A stretch of DNA of 64,000 nucleotides from assembly GCA_963729045.1 (NCBI GenBank), contig CAVSMN010000009.1, positions 96,001-160,000 of the forward strand, in the 5' to 3' direction. The DNA is from an uncultured Nitrososphaeraceae archaeon (lineage in GTDB: Archaea > Thermoproteota > Nitrososphaeria > Nitrososphaerales > Nitrososphaeraceae). Below the pieces are notes generated by a model. It saw only the letters and a list, made by a program, of their open reading frames with translations. It was not told the origin of the DNA and did no database searches. Shown here piece after piece: positions 42,924-55,014 of the stretch; within the stretch, counting starts at the first letter, position 1, and every line of letters starts with the position of its first letter. The position numbers were made by a program, and so were the translations under genes.

Positions 42924-44531
42924 ACACTATTGAATAATGTCTGCTTATATAAGGGTTAAATAACAAGTAACAATGTTAATGTTCTTTTATATTGTTTATC
43001 TGCAATATATGGTGCCGATCTATTCAGTTAGATAGTAAATTAATAATCATTGTACGACTGCTATTTAATTTTATTCATAATATGGATCAATTGTCAATGA
43101 TAAAATTCTTTTTTCGTGGTCCTTTATGGATCTCGATATTTAGGATTAGAAATGGGGAATAAAAAATAGAGATAGATCCTTATGGATTTAAATTCACCTA
43201 TTTTCTGGATAGGTTGTTTCTATAGTCCGTTTTGTCTATAATAGTCTATAATAGTCTATGAAAGTCAAGAAGAATCATAACCAAGATTACAGAAAACGGA
43301 CCAAAATCCTAGTCATACCTTTTAAAAAAATTAACAGATTGTAATGGCATAATAAAATATACAGTATTGATAGTATTAGCATTCTAAACAAAGATACAGA
43401 ACAGGTATCAAAATAACGAAAGTGATCGATTAATGTACGACAAATGGAGTTATTTAAAGAGCAAAAGGAATGTGATTTCTATTATCCATTTCAGTTTAGT
43501 GATAAAAACAACAAGATAATCACATCAAAAGTAATCAAATAGAAGGTATGCAACAGCAAATTGTTCATAACACCAGTCAATCAGGTTGGGCGAATTATTC
43601 CAGTAGTAAATCTATAGGTCTAATTAGTTTGGTTCATAGAAATAAACAACACAATTTCAAATTTTCAATGTCATAATCTAGATTTCAAATAAGTAAAAAT
43701 GATACTTAGAATATGATTGCTTAGCCTGTTTATGCGATTGATACTATTATAAAGTACCATTTAAGAATAATTGATGATGTATATTATATTCATCAACAAT
43801 TCATCGCTTTCTGCTTTGTAAAATAAATAAAGTTTAATACAAGAGATAAGGATCGAATACCTAGAAGGTAAATCAGATTAATGAGATAGCGGATGCGATA
43901 GAGCATAGAGGATACTTTTCAGATTTTATCCACAAGGAAGCAAGTTAAATAAGTCGGCAGTATAATAACACGATCTTTTAAGATTTGGTATTTTAAGTCA
44001 AGGAAACATCAAGACATGAATTGTCAGCTAGAATCATTTGATAAGAAAAGACACAAAGTTTTTCTAAAATGTATAGTTAAAAAGAAGAAATTACCTGGAT
44101 AATATTATTGATTAGATACACATACTGGCTTTCTATTACTAATATTTATGTATCTCGACCATGGGACCAAATAAATATCAAATGAAAGAACGTGTTTGAT
44201 TCGGTTTAGTGTTTATGATTAATCGAATTAAACTATAATAATTACGGAATACTAAATCTCTTGTCTGAGGGTTTTAGGACCATCTATTGTCTATTTCTAT
44301 TATATTTAGTGATATCAGGACCTCAATGGAACGCTTTTTGGATGTAATGAAACAATTAGACTATGTCAATCACTCTGTAAAAAGAATAATTAACTAAAAC
44401 AAATACGCGAAATAAGGCCGACTTATTGTGTTTTATTAAAACAGTAATATCAATACTTTACTTACTCAACAGAACCAATTTCGAGACATAATGCTTTTTA
44501 TAATAAGAAGCATACTAATTAGCAGAATAAC

Positions 44532-44987
44532 ATGTTTTCTAAAATTTTAGTTGGTATAGATGGATCGGAATATTCTAGAAACGCTGTTAATTATGCTTTA
44601 GATCTTGCTGTAAAAGATGGATCGGAATTATTTCTTTTAGCGATTGTTCCTTCCAAAGTTCATCATGGTGACTCATCAGGAGTATTTGGTATGGTATCTC
44701 CATCATATTTTGATGAATATAAGAAGGAAGCTGAAAAGTGGTTTGAAGAAATAATAAATCACATAAACAAAGAAACCACCATAGATACCAGTACTAAAGT
44801 CAAATCAGAAGTAATTACCACCCCATTTTCAACTCCAGCTTCAATTCTAAATTATGCAGAAGAGAGAGACGTCGACTTGATAGTAATTGGTACTAGGGGA
44901 AACTCGGGTCTTAAAAAAATGTTACTTGGTAGTGTAGCTTCTGATGTTGTTACTTATTCTTATTGTCCTGTTTTAGTGGTTAAATAA
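44532..44987 (+). CDS. Universal stress protein UspA family
   Basis: KILVGIDGS, DLIVIGTRG, LLGSVASDV, CPVLVVK. Confidence 0.95.
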   Translation: MFSKILVGIDGSEYSRNAVNYALDLAVKDGSELFLLAIVPSKVHHGDSSGVFGMVSPSYFDEYKKEAEKWFEEIINHINKETTIDTSTKVKSEVITTPFSTPASILNYAEERDVDLIVIGTRGNSGLKKMLLGSVASDVVTYSYCPVLVVK

Positions 44988-45111
44988 AATCTATTTTACC
45001 TTTTATAGGAATTATACAGGCAATAGTATAAACAAGATTAATAGTATCTATAGATATTAAGATCAAAATATTTTATTGAGAACGATACATATGAAGGATT
45101 TACTTATCAAA

Positions 45112-45636
45112 TCAAATCAATTCATCTTGATGTAATTTATCTAATAATGGTCTCAAATTAATGCCAATCTCTTTTTCCCCTAAAATTATGTTGGAACCGA
45201 GACCCAAAACTATAGACAACATATTCCTATCTTCCCTAGCAGTGTAAATTGAACTTCCAAATATTTTGAATTCAATATGATTGTCATGTATCCATTGCTT
45301 CCATTTTCTTGTTCTTTGAGCATTTTGTTCTAATGAGTTTATCACATAATCCAAATCAATTCCCTCTTCATTATCAAGTAATTGAAGCTTAACCATAGGG
45401 AGCATGACATTGCCACCTTTCACTGATTGTTTTTCTTTATTCATTTGTTCTATGATTTTATCTTCAACTTCATGAGCGTCTTGTGACTCATCCTTATCCT
45501 TATAATTGTCTACATCAATGTCATAATTTGGAAAAAAATAGCCTGTCAAATTTTTATCCCAATCGTATATTTTGTACACTGTATCAATGTATTCTAATTT
45601 CCACAGTGGATTGTCTCTATTTCCCCTTCCAAACAT
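45112..45636 (-). CDS. Hypothetical protein
   Basis: 174-aa ORF, no recognised motif. Confidence 0.7.
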   Translation of the reverse strand: MFGRGNRDNPLWKLEYIDTVYKIYDWDKNLTGYFFPNYDIDVDNYKDKDESQDAHEVEDKIIEQMNKEKQSVKGGNVMLPMVKLQLLDNEEGIDLDYVINSLEQNAQRTRKWKQWIHDNHIEFKIFGSSIYTAREDRNMLSIVLGLGSNIILGEKEIGINLRPLLDKLHQDELI

Positions 45637-45886
45637 AATAAGACAAAGTGTGAGTTGATATTTTTATGTTGATAAAATAGTATAATCATTATTTCTAAAG
45701 ATTTTTTGATATGAAAATGAGGCAAACCCTTTATTGATTTCTAATACTTCTTGTATTGGATGATATTAAAAATGTGAAAATCCAGAGATCTGGTTCAAGC
45801 AGAATAACATTTGATTTTACTTTTAGGTAAACTGCAGTTGTCTGGTTCTTGTATAAATTCTAAATCATAAAAAAATTGGTTTTGTT

Positions 45887-46114
45887 TTAGACTTTGTATG
45901 ACTGTAGTTCGCTTAAACTGATTTTTAAAAATACTTCAGCGCCATTGTATCCCTCGACTTTATCTTTTGGTAAACTATACTCCTTGCGATCTCCCTGAGA
46001 CGTAATTATTACTGAATCGTCATTTACAGCATCTACATTCCCTGCATCTTCAAAGTCTTTTGATCTCACATTTTTATGTATAATACTTTCCCAATCTTGT
46101 ATCGAATCTGCCAT
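45887..46114 (-). CDS. Small PRC-barrel-like hypothetical protein
   Basis: VRSKDFEDAGNV...YSLPKDKVEGYNGAEV pattern. Confidence 0.65.
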   Translation of the reverse strand: MADSIQDWESIIHKNVRSKDFEDAGNVDAVNDDSVIITSQGDRKEYSLPKDKVEGYNGAEVFLKISLSELQSYKV

Positions 46115-46265
46115 ATTAATTCAACGTATAGTCATTGACGAATTATTTAAGCATTTATTTAATAGTTGTATGAAAAAAGTATTTTGTAATATTTGTGTAA
46201 TAGAACATTTCTTAAGCAAGAGTATAATCCATTAAGGTTAAATTCTTAATACTTGGATAAATTTT

Positions 46266-47726
46266 ATGGTCAGAAGTATCCCTGAGTCGGAGCGCATCTT
46301 GGTCTTTTAAGGTGGTGGGTCGCTTGGAGCTTACGAAGCAGGAGCGTACAAAGGGATTTATGAGCTGTTGAAAAAAAAAGATAACAGTAAGTCAATTTAC
46401 AACAAATCTACATTTGACATAATCGCTGGTTCCTCGATAGGTGCGATTAATGCAACCATACTAACAAGTCATGTAATTGAGACTGGTTCATATGATGGTT
46501 CAGCGGAAAAATTAATTGATTTTTGGCACTATCTTTCTAAGGAATCGATGGTCGAAAAAAATCCTTTTTTCGAAGAATGGTGGGATTTTTGGCATTCAAT
46601 TTATAGCCATGTTGCGTCAGGAGAAGCTGCCAGAAGGTACTACTCGTCCAAGGAATTTTCGCTATTTGGCGTACCCAACGTGTTCACTCCCATGACACCA
46701 CAATCTGACACAAAGTTTTTTGATATCCAGAATACATGGTATAGATTTGACATCAAGCCTTTAAAGCGAAGCTTGGAGCGATTTGCAAAGTTTCCAATAG
46801 CGACGGAATGGGAAGACGGACAACCAAGGCTCTTGTTAATATCGGTTGATGTCGCTACCTCTTATCAGGCTGTTTTTGATAGTTATAAACGAAAAGACGG
46901 CACCAGATGTTCTGAATATGGTAGGCATATAAGAAAGCATGATGGCACAACGGGATTTGAATATGTTATCCATTATGACGAGGGCATCACGTCCGATCAT
47001 GTCATTGCTAGTGCAGCATTCCCAGTTAACTTTGATTATGTGAATTTGAATGTTCAAAAATATGATGTTTCTCAAGGCAATCAGATAATCTCTAATGAAA
47101 CAAAGATTGACAAATTAGAATCTAATGAGTATAAAATTCAGCAGAGAAAATTCTGGGATGGCGGCTTGATGAATAATACTCCTTTGATGAGCGCCATCCA
47201 GAAACACAGAGACTATTGGTATTATACAAGAGGTATAGTAAATAATATTCCCTCCTTAGGGATAGCTATAGTAAATCTGCATCCGTCTGCACAAGAGGAG
47301 ATCCCCATTGATCATGACGGGGTACTAAATAGAAACAACGATATAACTTTCTCAGACAGATCGATTACAGAGGAGGGGTATCTATTACTTATTTCAGACT
47401 ATGTAGATTTAGTTAAACAGTTTATAGATTTGTTGATTGAAACAGGGATAAAAAAAGAAAAAATAGATTCTATTTTGGATAGCAAAGTAAGACCTCACGG
47501 TATGTTTTCTAAGATAAGAACATACAGAAATATTGTGGAAGGCCGATTCAATATAACAGATGTAATCAGAATAGAAAGAAAGAATGATGAGGATACAATT
47601 TCAAATAAAACATACGATTTCTCTTCTAAGACAATAAACGAATTATTGAAACAAGGTTATTTGGATTCGATTGAATATGCTAAGAAAAATCAACAGGACA
47701 AGAATAAAGACGATATAAGCAAGTAA
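46266..47726 (+). pseudogene. Patatin-like phospholipase with premature in-frame stop at 46308
   Basis: LVF*GGGSLGAYEAG, GSSIG nucleophile elbow, WDGG. Confidence 0.85.
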
Positions 47727-48163
47727 GAGGTACAATTTGGAAATATTGCTTCTAATTTTCAGTCATTCAAGTCGAAGGTTTTGATTTTGTAAAAAGAACA
47801 TTCAGCTTATCTCCTTCTTTAGGAAAGTAACCTATATAGTTACTACAAATAATCCCTGGTCTTCCTTCTAAGGTGGCTGTAAGATTTACTACCACAGTCA
47901 AGCTATTCACCAAATTCCATCTTCAATCATTTATGTATTCATGACGACCTCTCAAGATGTTGACCTGCCGGATGGAGTTTCGAAGGATAATTCAATTATG
48001 TCAAACATCATCAAACTAAGTGCAGTCAGCCAGAAAACATGTACAAGCCGTAATCAATATACCTCGAAGATACCATCTTATTATCGGACAGACTAGAAAC
48101 AGAACAGCATCTGGCTTGTTACTCCATAGTTAAGATCATCTTTTTAAATTACTAAAGATAAAT

Positions 48164-48907
48164 ATGTGGATGTTTCAAGTCTCTGCTGGAAATCAAACTT
48201 TCAACCTAGGACTCATAGTTGTTGATATGCAAAACGGGTTTGTAAGCAAAGGAGGATCTTATGATCTTTTAGGAATGAATACACAGGAATATCAAAAGAT
48301 TATCCCCAAAACCAAGGAGCTGATTGCCTTTTGTAGAAGTAAGGACATACCAATATTTTATACAGAAGCTGTTAGAGAATCAAGTGGTATCGATCTGTTA
48401 ACTCGAGTTCATAGGTTGTTACCTTTAGCAAGAGAGGAACGACTCAAAGTTCCTATAACTGTAAGAGGCACATGGGATGCTCAAACAATAGACGAAATCA
48501 AGCCCACAGAAAATGATCATATTGTCATCAAGAGAAGAGATGGCGCATTTCAAGATACAGAATTAAGGGTTTGGCTTCAAAGTGAAGGGATCAATACATT
48601 GATCTTTTGTGGAGTAGATACTTCTATATGTGTTGAAACTTCATTACGAGAAGCATTCAATAGTGGATATGACGTAATTATCGTATCTGACGCAACTGCT
48701 TCTGGAATTCATAAGCACTATGAAACAACACTAGAAAGGGTACGAGATTATTACGGTTTGGTAGTCGATGTAGAGCGTTTCTATAAAATGATATCCTCTC
48801 TGGAAAATATTAAATCTGGCCAAATTAGCGCTAGCCAATTATCAGATGCATATGGTAAATTTCTTAAAGAATTCAGTTTACTTGATATCAGAAAAGAAGA
48901 AAATTAA
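48164..48907 (+). CDS. Isochorismatase-family cysteine hydrolase (RutB-like)
   Basis: VVDMQNGF, IKRRDGAF, GVDTSICVETS catalytic triad. Confidence 0.9.
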   Translation: MWMFQVSAGNQTFNLGLIVVDMQNGFVSKGGSYDLLGMNTQEYQKIIPKTKELIAFCRSKDIPIFYTEAVRESSGIDLLTRVHRLLPLAREERLKVPITVRGTWDAQTIDEIKPTENDHIVIKRRDGAFQDTELRVWLQSEGINTLIFCGVDTSICVETSLREAFNSGYDVIIVSDATASGIHKHYETTLERVRDYYGLVVDVERFYKMISSLENIKSGQISASQLSDAYGKFLKEFSLLDIRKEEN

Positions 48908-49771
48908 TGCACAAAGTAATTTTAATAGGATTTAGATTTCCATGAGTGAGTAAATGAGATTAGGGAAGGACGAAATTAATAGTAAAATGGTATTTTCTTC
49001 TATCATGAGCGGGTTCACTTTGATGGATAAATAACTATAACTATTTCAAAACATCGCCAAATAATTTTACTGTCTTTGGAAGATTTTTAAGAGCGCTCCC
49101 TAGTTATTTCCCCTTACTGTACACAGTCCTTCTGATATTACTAGAATCTTCTCAGGTTAAAGACCAATCTTGATACTTCTTTTCCCTTTTCTGCGAAATA
49201 ATTACATTCCTGGTCAATGCTTTTTTCTGGTAGAAATTAATATAGTTAAAGAAAAATTTTAGACATTCTTTCTAATATTCTTTCTAAAGTCAGTTACTGG
49301 CTTACCATTTATCGTTACATTCATCTTTTTATTACTCAACCTATTCCGCATCATATATTCAAGAAATCTTGGAACTAACAATTTCACTACCATGTAAAAG
49401 ACGATAATTTAGAATTCAAAATGAATAAAAAAATGGAGTTTTAGGCGATTGTCTTTCTAAAGAGGTGTAGGGCCTAAAAGCGAGGTGTAGGGCCTGATGA
49501 ATTGGTTTCATCAGTGTTACATCTACTTAGCGCATCCTGTTGTGCTTGACTAACCCGGGTTGGGTGTTTTACAATAGATTATCAACCTCAGCCAATACCA
49601 CCTTTCCGTCATGAGCAGTCATATTTTCATCTGTCAGCACGTTCCATATCCCAGTCATATTAGTTACTGGACCGTTAACTCCACCTATGTATTCAATGTC
49701 AGTAATCCTTTTTCATCATGGTCGGCAAATATCTTATCGATATTCTTATATACTTTTTAAAGAATCGTGCA

Positions 49772-50469
49772 ATGATGAAAATCTTTTTAGTTTTTGCTTC
49801 AATCCTTACTGCCATGTTATTAGTAACGATATATAGCGGTGACAACTGGATTGATCAACTACAACTTTGGCCCAAACAAATGACATGGAAGTTAACAACA
49901 CCAATTCGCCTGCTTCTTCTGAAAAAATGTCTATTGTTTCTGCTGCTAGTCCGGGCCAGACTATCTTTTATAGAGGGATAGAGGCATCCAAAGAGCCGGT
50001 TCATTTAAATTTTCCACAACAAGATAGACAACAACAGACTTTAAACATATTGCCACATCGAGATGATGGCGCTTCATTTAAAGGGGTTCTGACATTTACA
50101 GCAACTGAGCCAGTGGATATAGGAATTGGACATAGAGTGCCTTTGGATAATTCTACTTTTTCACAAATTGAATCAGAGGAACTTGATGAATTGTTTACTG
50201 TAAGACACAATGACAAAGGAGAATTAGGAGTACCTGGCATCGTAAGTGCTCCCTCTAGGATTACACCTGACTATGGAATTAATCCTCCCTATTTCTCCGC
50301 CTCAATTCCTTTTGTTGGTAGTTCTCTATTCCTTAGCACAATGCCTGGCGAGTACGAGCCGTTCGTTGCTGTTTATGAAGTGTCTGCGGAGATCATACAG
50401 CTTCAGGATATTGTTGACTTGGATGGCCTTAATGTTGGTACAAACACAACTGTCACAGCCTTACCATAA
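49772..50469 (+). CDS. Secreted hypothetical protein (frameshift at ~49860)
   Basis: Signal peptide in ORF 49718-49981 joins the LAQTND frame of ORF 49867-50469. Confidence 0.6.
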
Positions 50470-51125
50470 TTTTTTTTACTTTCTAATCATTGTTAGACAT
50501 AATTTATCTTCAATTACAAATTCTTTAAAATATCACCTTATTTGTAGTTCTTCTCTTAGTTAATAATTGGTAAAAATTAGTTGGATGAGTCCAAATGTTT
50601 AATTTATTTTTTAGATTTATTAAGTAATGTATTTGAGTAGAATTATTGGTATGGCAAGTTTTGTATGATTTCAGAATTTTACCTAAATTATGATGAAACT
50701 ATATAAAGTAATATTCAAAAAGTTTGGATTGTTATTGAAAAACTATTCGAATGATATGGATCATTATTATTTACAATTGGGAATTAAAGATCCAGAAAAA
50801 CCTTTCTCCTTTGAATAGTGAAACCTATATTGCATTCAACTGTTCCTATTTAATAGATCCTAAAATCAAAAGATATTCTCCGTCTGACTGGTCTGGCGAA
50901 GTTTTGTTCTATAAATAATTGTTTACGGATTTATACAGGCTTTCCATGCTTGATCTGCTGCCTGATGTATTTTCCAAGATATGGAATTTCACAAGTTTTG
51001 AGCCTATCGAAATATGCTCAATATTAGTACAAACGGCTTTCAGAATTGATAAAATCTTTTTTTAGTTATAGCCATCCCTCAACGTCATTGATCAATTATA
51101 CGAGTTACTAAGATCAAAAAGAACA

Positions 51126-53291
51126 TCAATCAGTATTTTCAAATACCATTACGTAAAATGGTGAACTACTCGAATTTGAAGTAACTAGAGAGAGGTATTC
51201 ATCACATGTATTGATCCGATTGAGTTGAGTATCGTGGACGAGTTGTATCAAAGTTTCTACCTTTAAGGGCCTCATATTTATGGAATGGGTTTTTTGTTGT
51301 TTTTTAAATGAAATGTCGAGTATGGCGTTATTTTTCTTTGTAGTAATTTTTTCAATTTTCATAGTATTAGATCCAAAAAAGGACTCGTTAAAGCTTGGAG
51401 CAGTACGTTTCCTATTGTTTTTTGGTGATGTAGCAAAGAGATTGAGCAAATCGAGAATTAACCATCCACCAGGCTTGAGAATCAATTTCAGATTTTCTAT
51501 ATATTGTTGTATTTGCTCATCGCTTTCAGCGCAGGATATTCTACTTCCCAATCCAATTATAATATCGAATTTTTTAGCCAATGGTTCAAACTTGTTAGCC
51601 AATTGTAGCCAACTTAGATTAAGTAAATCAAATGGGTTGTTTGATCTCTTTCTTGTAATTTCGTAAATATGTGGTTCTGGCTCATTATATAAAATGTTAG
51701 TAATCCCTTTTTCATATAAGAGCCAACATAGTGATCCAAACCTACCAGCTGAATCAAGAATACAAATGTCTGAAGTATTATGAATCCCTTTTTCATGTAT
51801 ATATTTATCACAGATATTTGATACTACTTCATCTATTTTCGAGTGATAGGATATATCTAAAAGTTCGGGCACCCATGCATCTACAAAATCACTCTTAAAA
51901 ATGGATTTTGGTCGTCGGTTGATCATTTCATCATAATAATTCATATCAATTTTGGTTGCTTTTCCTTCATTGGCTAGTCCTTTTAGTGCATTCATATATT
52001 GAACACAATTATTGTAATATTTTTGATTGTTCTTAGTATCGGTAAAATATATACTTCGCTTACATATCTCTTCAGTCGGTGTAGCATGCAATTTTCCAAA
52101 CTCTAGAATAAACTTATCATACCATATTCCAGTATCATATAAATCCCCATCCCTAACTAAATCATTTTCCTTTCGTTTGTCTAATGCGAGTTTTGGATCA
52201 ACTAGTATTAAGTTAACATTATTATTTTGGTGCCATTTGATAATATCTTTCGTTTTTAATGGTTCACTCCAGATATCACTTTCCAATCTATACTTCTTCT
52301 GAATTAAAAACCTGAAATTGTCTTTCTTCTCCTCATCATTTAACTTTTCTCGTCCTCTCTTTTGCTCTGCTAGATAAGACTTGTCTATTTCTTCGAAGAA
52401 GGACAATGGCCATACAGTTGAACCGTCATATTTTCTACCCTTTTCAAAGAAATACTTGTATAGAATTTTTACCCTTTCCTCTGACATAACACCACCTTTT
52501 TTTGAAATTTCATAGAGGCTTTTTCCCTCATCTAGCAATATTTCCTTTAGATATTCTTTAAGAGGTTCCTGAATTGCACTATGCGTAGAACTCAAATCAT
52601 TATCCAATACAAAGGGATCAAATGCCTTGTCAATCAAAGACCGTTTGTCCAAAGGCTCTAATTCAGTTCCGAATTGATAATTTCCAAAGTTTCCATGAAA
52701 GGAATAAACAGGAATAGGTCCTTTCCATTTGATTTCTCGCAAATAGGGTGTAAATAGGTTTTTGCCATCGGATTCTTCATAGTTTGTCAATACATCTTTT
52801 CCCTCTGCTGATGGAATTTGATTTCTCGCTGCTGGGGTAAATATTATGTGTCCTCGATCTCCCAAATCCATCATTCTAGCCGACAGAATCAGTTCGTGAG
52901 ACCAAAGATCCACTTTATTAGTAAATGGATTAGAGAATGAAATGGCTTTTCCATACCCAATGCCGGCGCGTACAAATATTTTCATTTTATCATCTGTGAT
53001 TCCACTATTGTCTAGATCCAAATTATTAGAAATTCTTATGGCTAGATCTATTGCACACTCAAGTTTAGTAAAAGCTATTACAACTCCATCTCCAGTAAAA
53101 TTCTTATATGTTATAATATCTGACTTGTATTTTGTTTTCAATGCATTTGATTCTTCATTTAGTATTTCCATTAACTTTTTAATTTTTACTAATTGACTGC
53201 TTGGAGGTAGTGAAGGGTCTGACGATTTATACATATCAATATAGAGAAAACTATAAACATTATTTTGATCAACATTGGATTCAACTGACAC
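51126..53291 (-). CDS. Class III nucleotide cyclase-like domain fused to C-terminal class I SAM methyltransferase
   Basis: FLYIDMYKSS, TGDG, VRAGIGYG, SARMMD at the N-terminus; ILDSAGRFG, FDIIIGLG, LKPGGWLILD at the C-terminus. Confidence 0.8.
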   Translation of the reverse strand: MSVESNVDQNNVYSFLYIDMYKSSDPSLPPSSQLVKIKKLMEILNEESNALKTKYKSDIITYKNFTGDGVVIAFTKLECAIDLAIRISNNLDLDNSGITDDKMKIFVRAGIGYGKAISFSNPFTNKVDLWSHELILSARMMDLGDRGHIIFTPAARNQIPSAEGKDVLTNYEESDGKNLFTPYLREIKWKGPIPVYSFHGNFGNYQFGTELEPLDKRSLIDKAFDPFVLDNDLSSTHSAIQEPLKEYLKEILLDEGKSLYEISKKGGVMSEERVKILYKYFFEKGRKYDGSTVWPLSFFEEIDKSYLAEQKRGREKLNDEEKKDNFRFLIQKKYRLESDIWSEPLKTKDIIKWHQNNNVNLILVDPKLALDKRKENDLVRDGDLYDTGIWYDKFILEFGKLHATPTEEICKRSIYFTDTKNNQKYYNNCVQYMNALKGLANEGKATKIDMNYYDEMINRRPKSIFKSDFVDAWVPELLDISYHSKIDEVVSNICDKYIHEKGIHNTSDICILDSAGRFGSLCWLLYEKGITNILYNEPEPHIYEITRKRSNNPFDLLNLSWLQLANKFEPLAKKFDIIIGLGSRISCAESDEQIQQYIENLKLILKPGGWLILDLLNLFATSPKNNRKRTAPSFNESFFGSNTMKIEKITTKKNNAILDISFKKQQKTHSINMRPLKVETLIQLVHDTQLNRINTCDEYLSLVTSNSSSSPFYVMVFENTD

Positions 53292-53319
53292 AATATCCGA
53301 AGAATTATCGTATTATAAA

Positions 53320-53628
53320 AATAATTTGATGTTAACCAAAAGGTAGTATTCAGAGTTTTTCCATCACTAACGTAATTTACTGCTAATATGCTTGCATAAT
53401 CAGACCCCAAATGAGTAATTGCATTGCCATAAGTTTGAACCAAATCACTCCTCTGATTACTAATTTCCTTGTCAGAGATTAAAGATTCATCAAATGCAGG
53501 AGACACAGCAAAAGTTTGGGAAAATAATGTGGAAGAAATATCGCGAATAACAATACTAATACTATTGATAATAATACGGCTGTAAATACAATATCAAAGG
53601 AGAAGAATACCGGAAAGTGTTTTTTCAT
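53320..53628 (-). pseudogene. Truncated secreted-protein remnant
   Basis: Signal peptide from ATG 53628, frameshift into FAVSPAF...ILAVNYVSDGKTLNTTFWL, then loss of plausible coding sequence. Confidence 0.5.
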
Positions 53629-54363
53629 AATTTGCAAATCCTGCAAGTAAATTGCTACACATTGAAAATTGAATCACATGTAAATAAGGCTTTATCACAC
53701 TGCAAATGAAACTAACTAAAGGCAGACATATTTCAAGAAAATTAGATTTGAAACACTTACTGTCATCTTTATCCTTTTCCACCCATTTCATCGATTCGCT
53801 AGTTTTTGGTAATTCTTTACTGTTAAAGAGATTTAGAACTTAGAAGTATATGTATAAAAAAAGTTTGAATGAATAACAAATACTAATCTACTATTGACAA
53901 CATCCTGAATCTCGTGCTATTTGATTTGACCTGTTGCCTTGCATAGACAATATTTGATGTACATGAAATAATACGAATAGTAAATATTAGAGTTTATGAA
54001 GACAATTCTGCAATATTTCGTAGTATCTTCTTTCCTTAAAAGAACACGAACTTGATAGGCTAAAAATACAAGAATAAATCAAACGAAGGCTTGGGATTAG
54101 ACAATCTTTGTTGTTACATAATTTAGAATATTGGAAATAATTAATCCTAAAGAATATATCTTGAATTTCTAAATCATGCGATTTTGGTAATAAGGGATTT
54201 TACTTCTTAAGTTAACAGTTGTGTAGATGATAAGATATATCCATCTGTAAAATGATTATGCTTGTTTAGGTATGACACCGCAACACATTTCAGCTAATCA
54301 TCCCGGATTATCATTACTATGAGGGATACATTCTATCAGAACTATTCCCAAATGAATTAGCCT

Positions 54364-54875
54364 TTATTGTAACCCATGATACTCAATCTTTTTCTTTAGG
54401 ATTAATGATTTCATTTTGTCTAGTTCAATTTGCAAAGTTCGTAATTCTTTTTTCTTATGTTCAACATAATCATAGACTTGGTGAATAGAAATTCCAAGTC
54501 CCAATGCGAATCTATGAATTTCATGTATTTCTTTAACAAAATCCGAAAAAGTTTGGTTTGTTTTGAAGGAATGAATATCTATTTCCGTGAGTAATCTTTC
54601 CATCTCTCTCTCTCTGAAGATCCCATTTGTTCTAAAAAATTTTTTATCCTGATACCTGATGCCACGTCATTTAGACTCAAGCCTTCTTGTTTTATCCTTA
54701 CAGCAACTGCTCTTAACACATCCAAGTCTGGAATATCGGATTTAAATGACTCGATGATTCTAAATACACTACCATAACCTATTCCATTGCAGGTAGCGAT
54801 CATATTAGTCGGTATGCCAAAAAGCCACTGGTCAAGAACCTTGTTTTTAATTTCATTAGGAATTCTTTTTCCCAA
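54364..54875 (-). pseudogene. HTH + coiled-coil protein, split at a (GA)n tract; possibly a mobile-element relic
   Basis: N-terminal HTH-like WLFGIPTNMIATCNGIGYGSVFRII; removing one GA unit at ~54603-54615 joins the two ORFs. Confidence 0.6.
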
Positions 54876-55014
54876 ATTTATTACGTACTTTTATATAAAC
54901 TTACCTATATAAATAAAATAAACACTTTTCCAAAGTTTGTCAGACAAACACGCATAAACTCTAAAGGGATGAGATTTTGACAGGTTTGGACGAGAGATAA
55001 ATTGTAGTTTGAGG

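Noticed and set aside
43234..43260. Short 10-bp tandem repeat (GTCTATAATA); also AATATC-type repeats at ~20320-20355 and a 14-bp duplication at 49462/49482
   Set aside because: Low copy number, mostly in AT-rich or decayed DNA; consistent with slippage and no functional context
47750..51110. Coding-like fragments at ~47770-48130, 49100-49720 and 50750-51110
   Set aside because: Multiple stops and no family recognisable by eye; likely gene debris, not assignable
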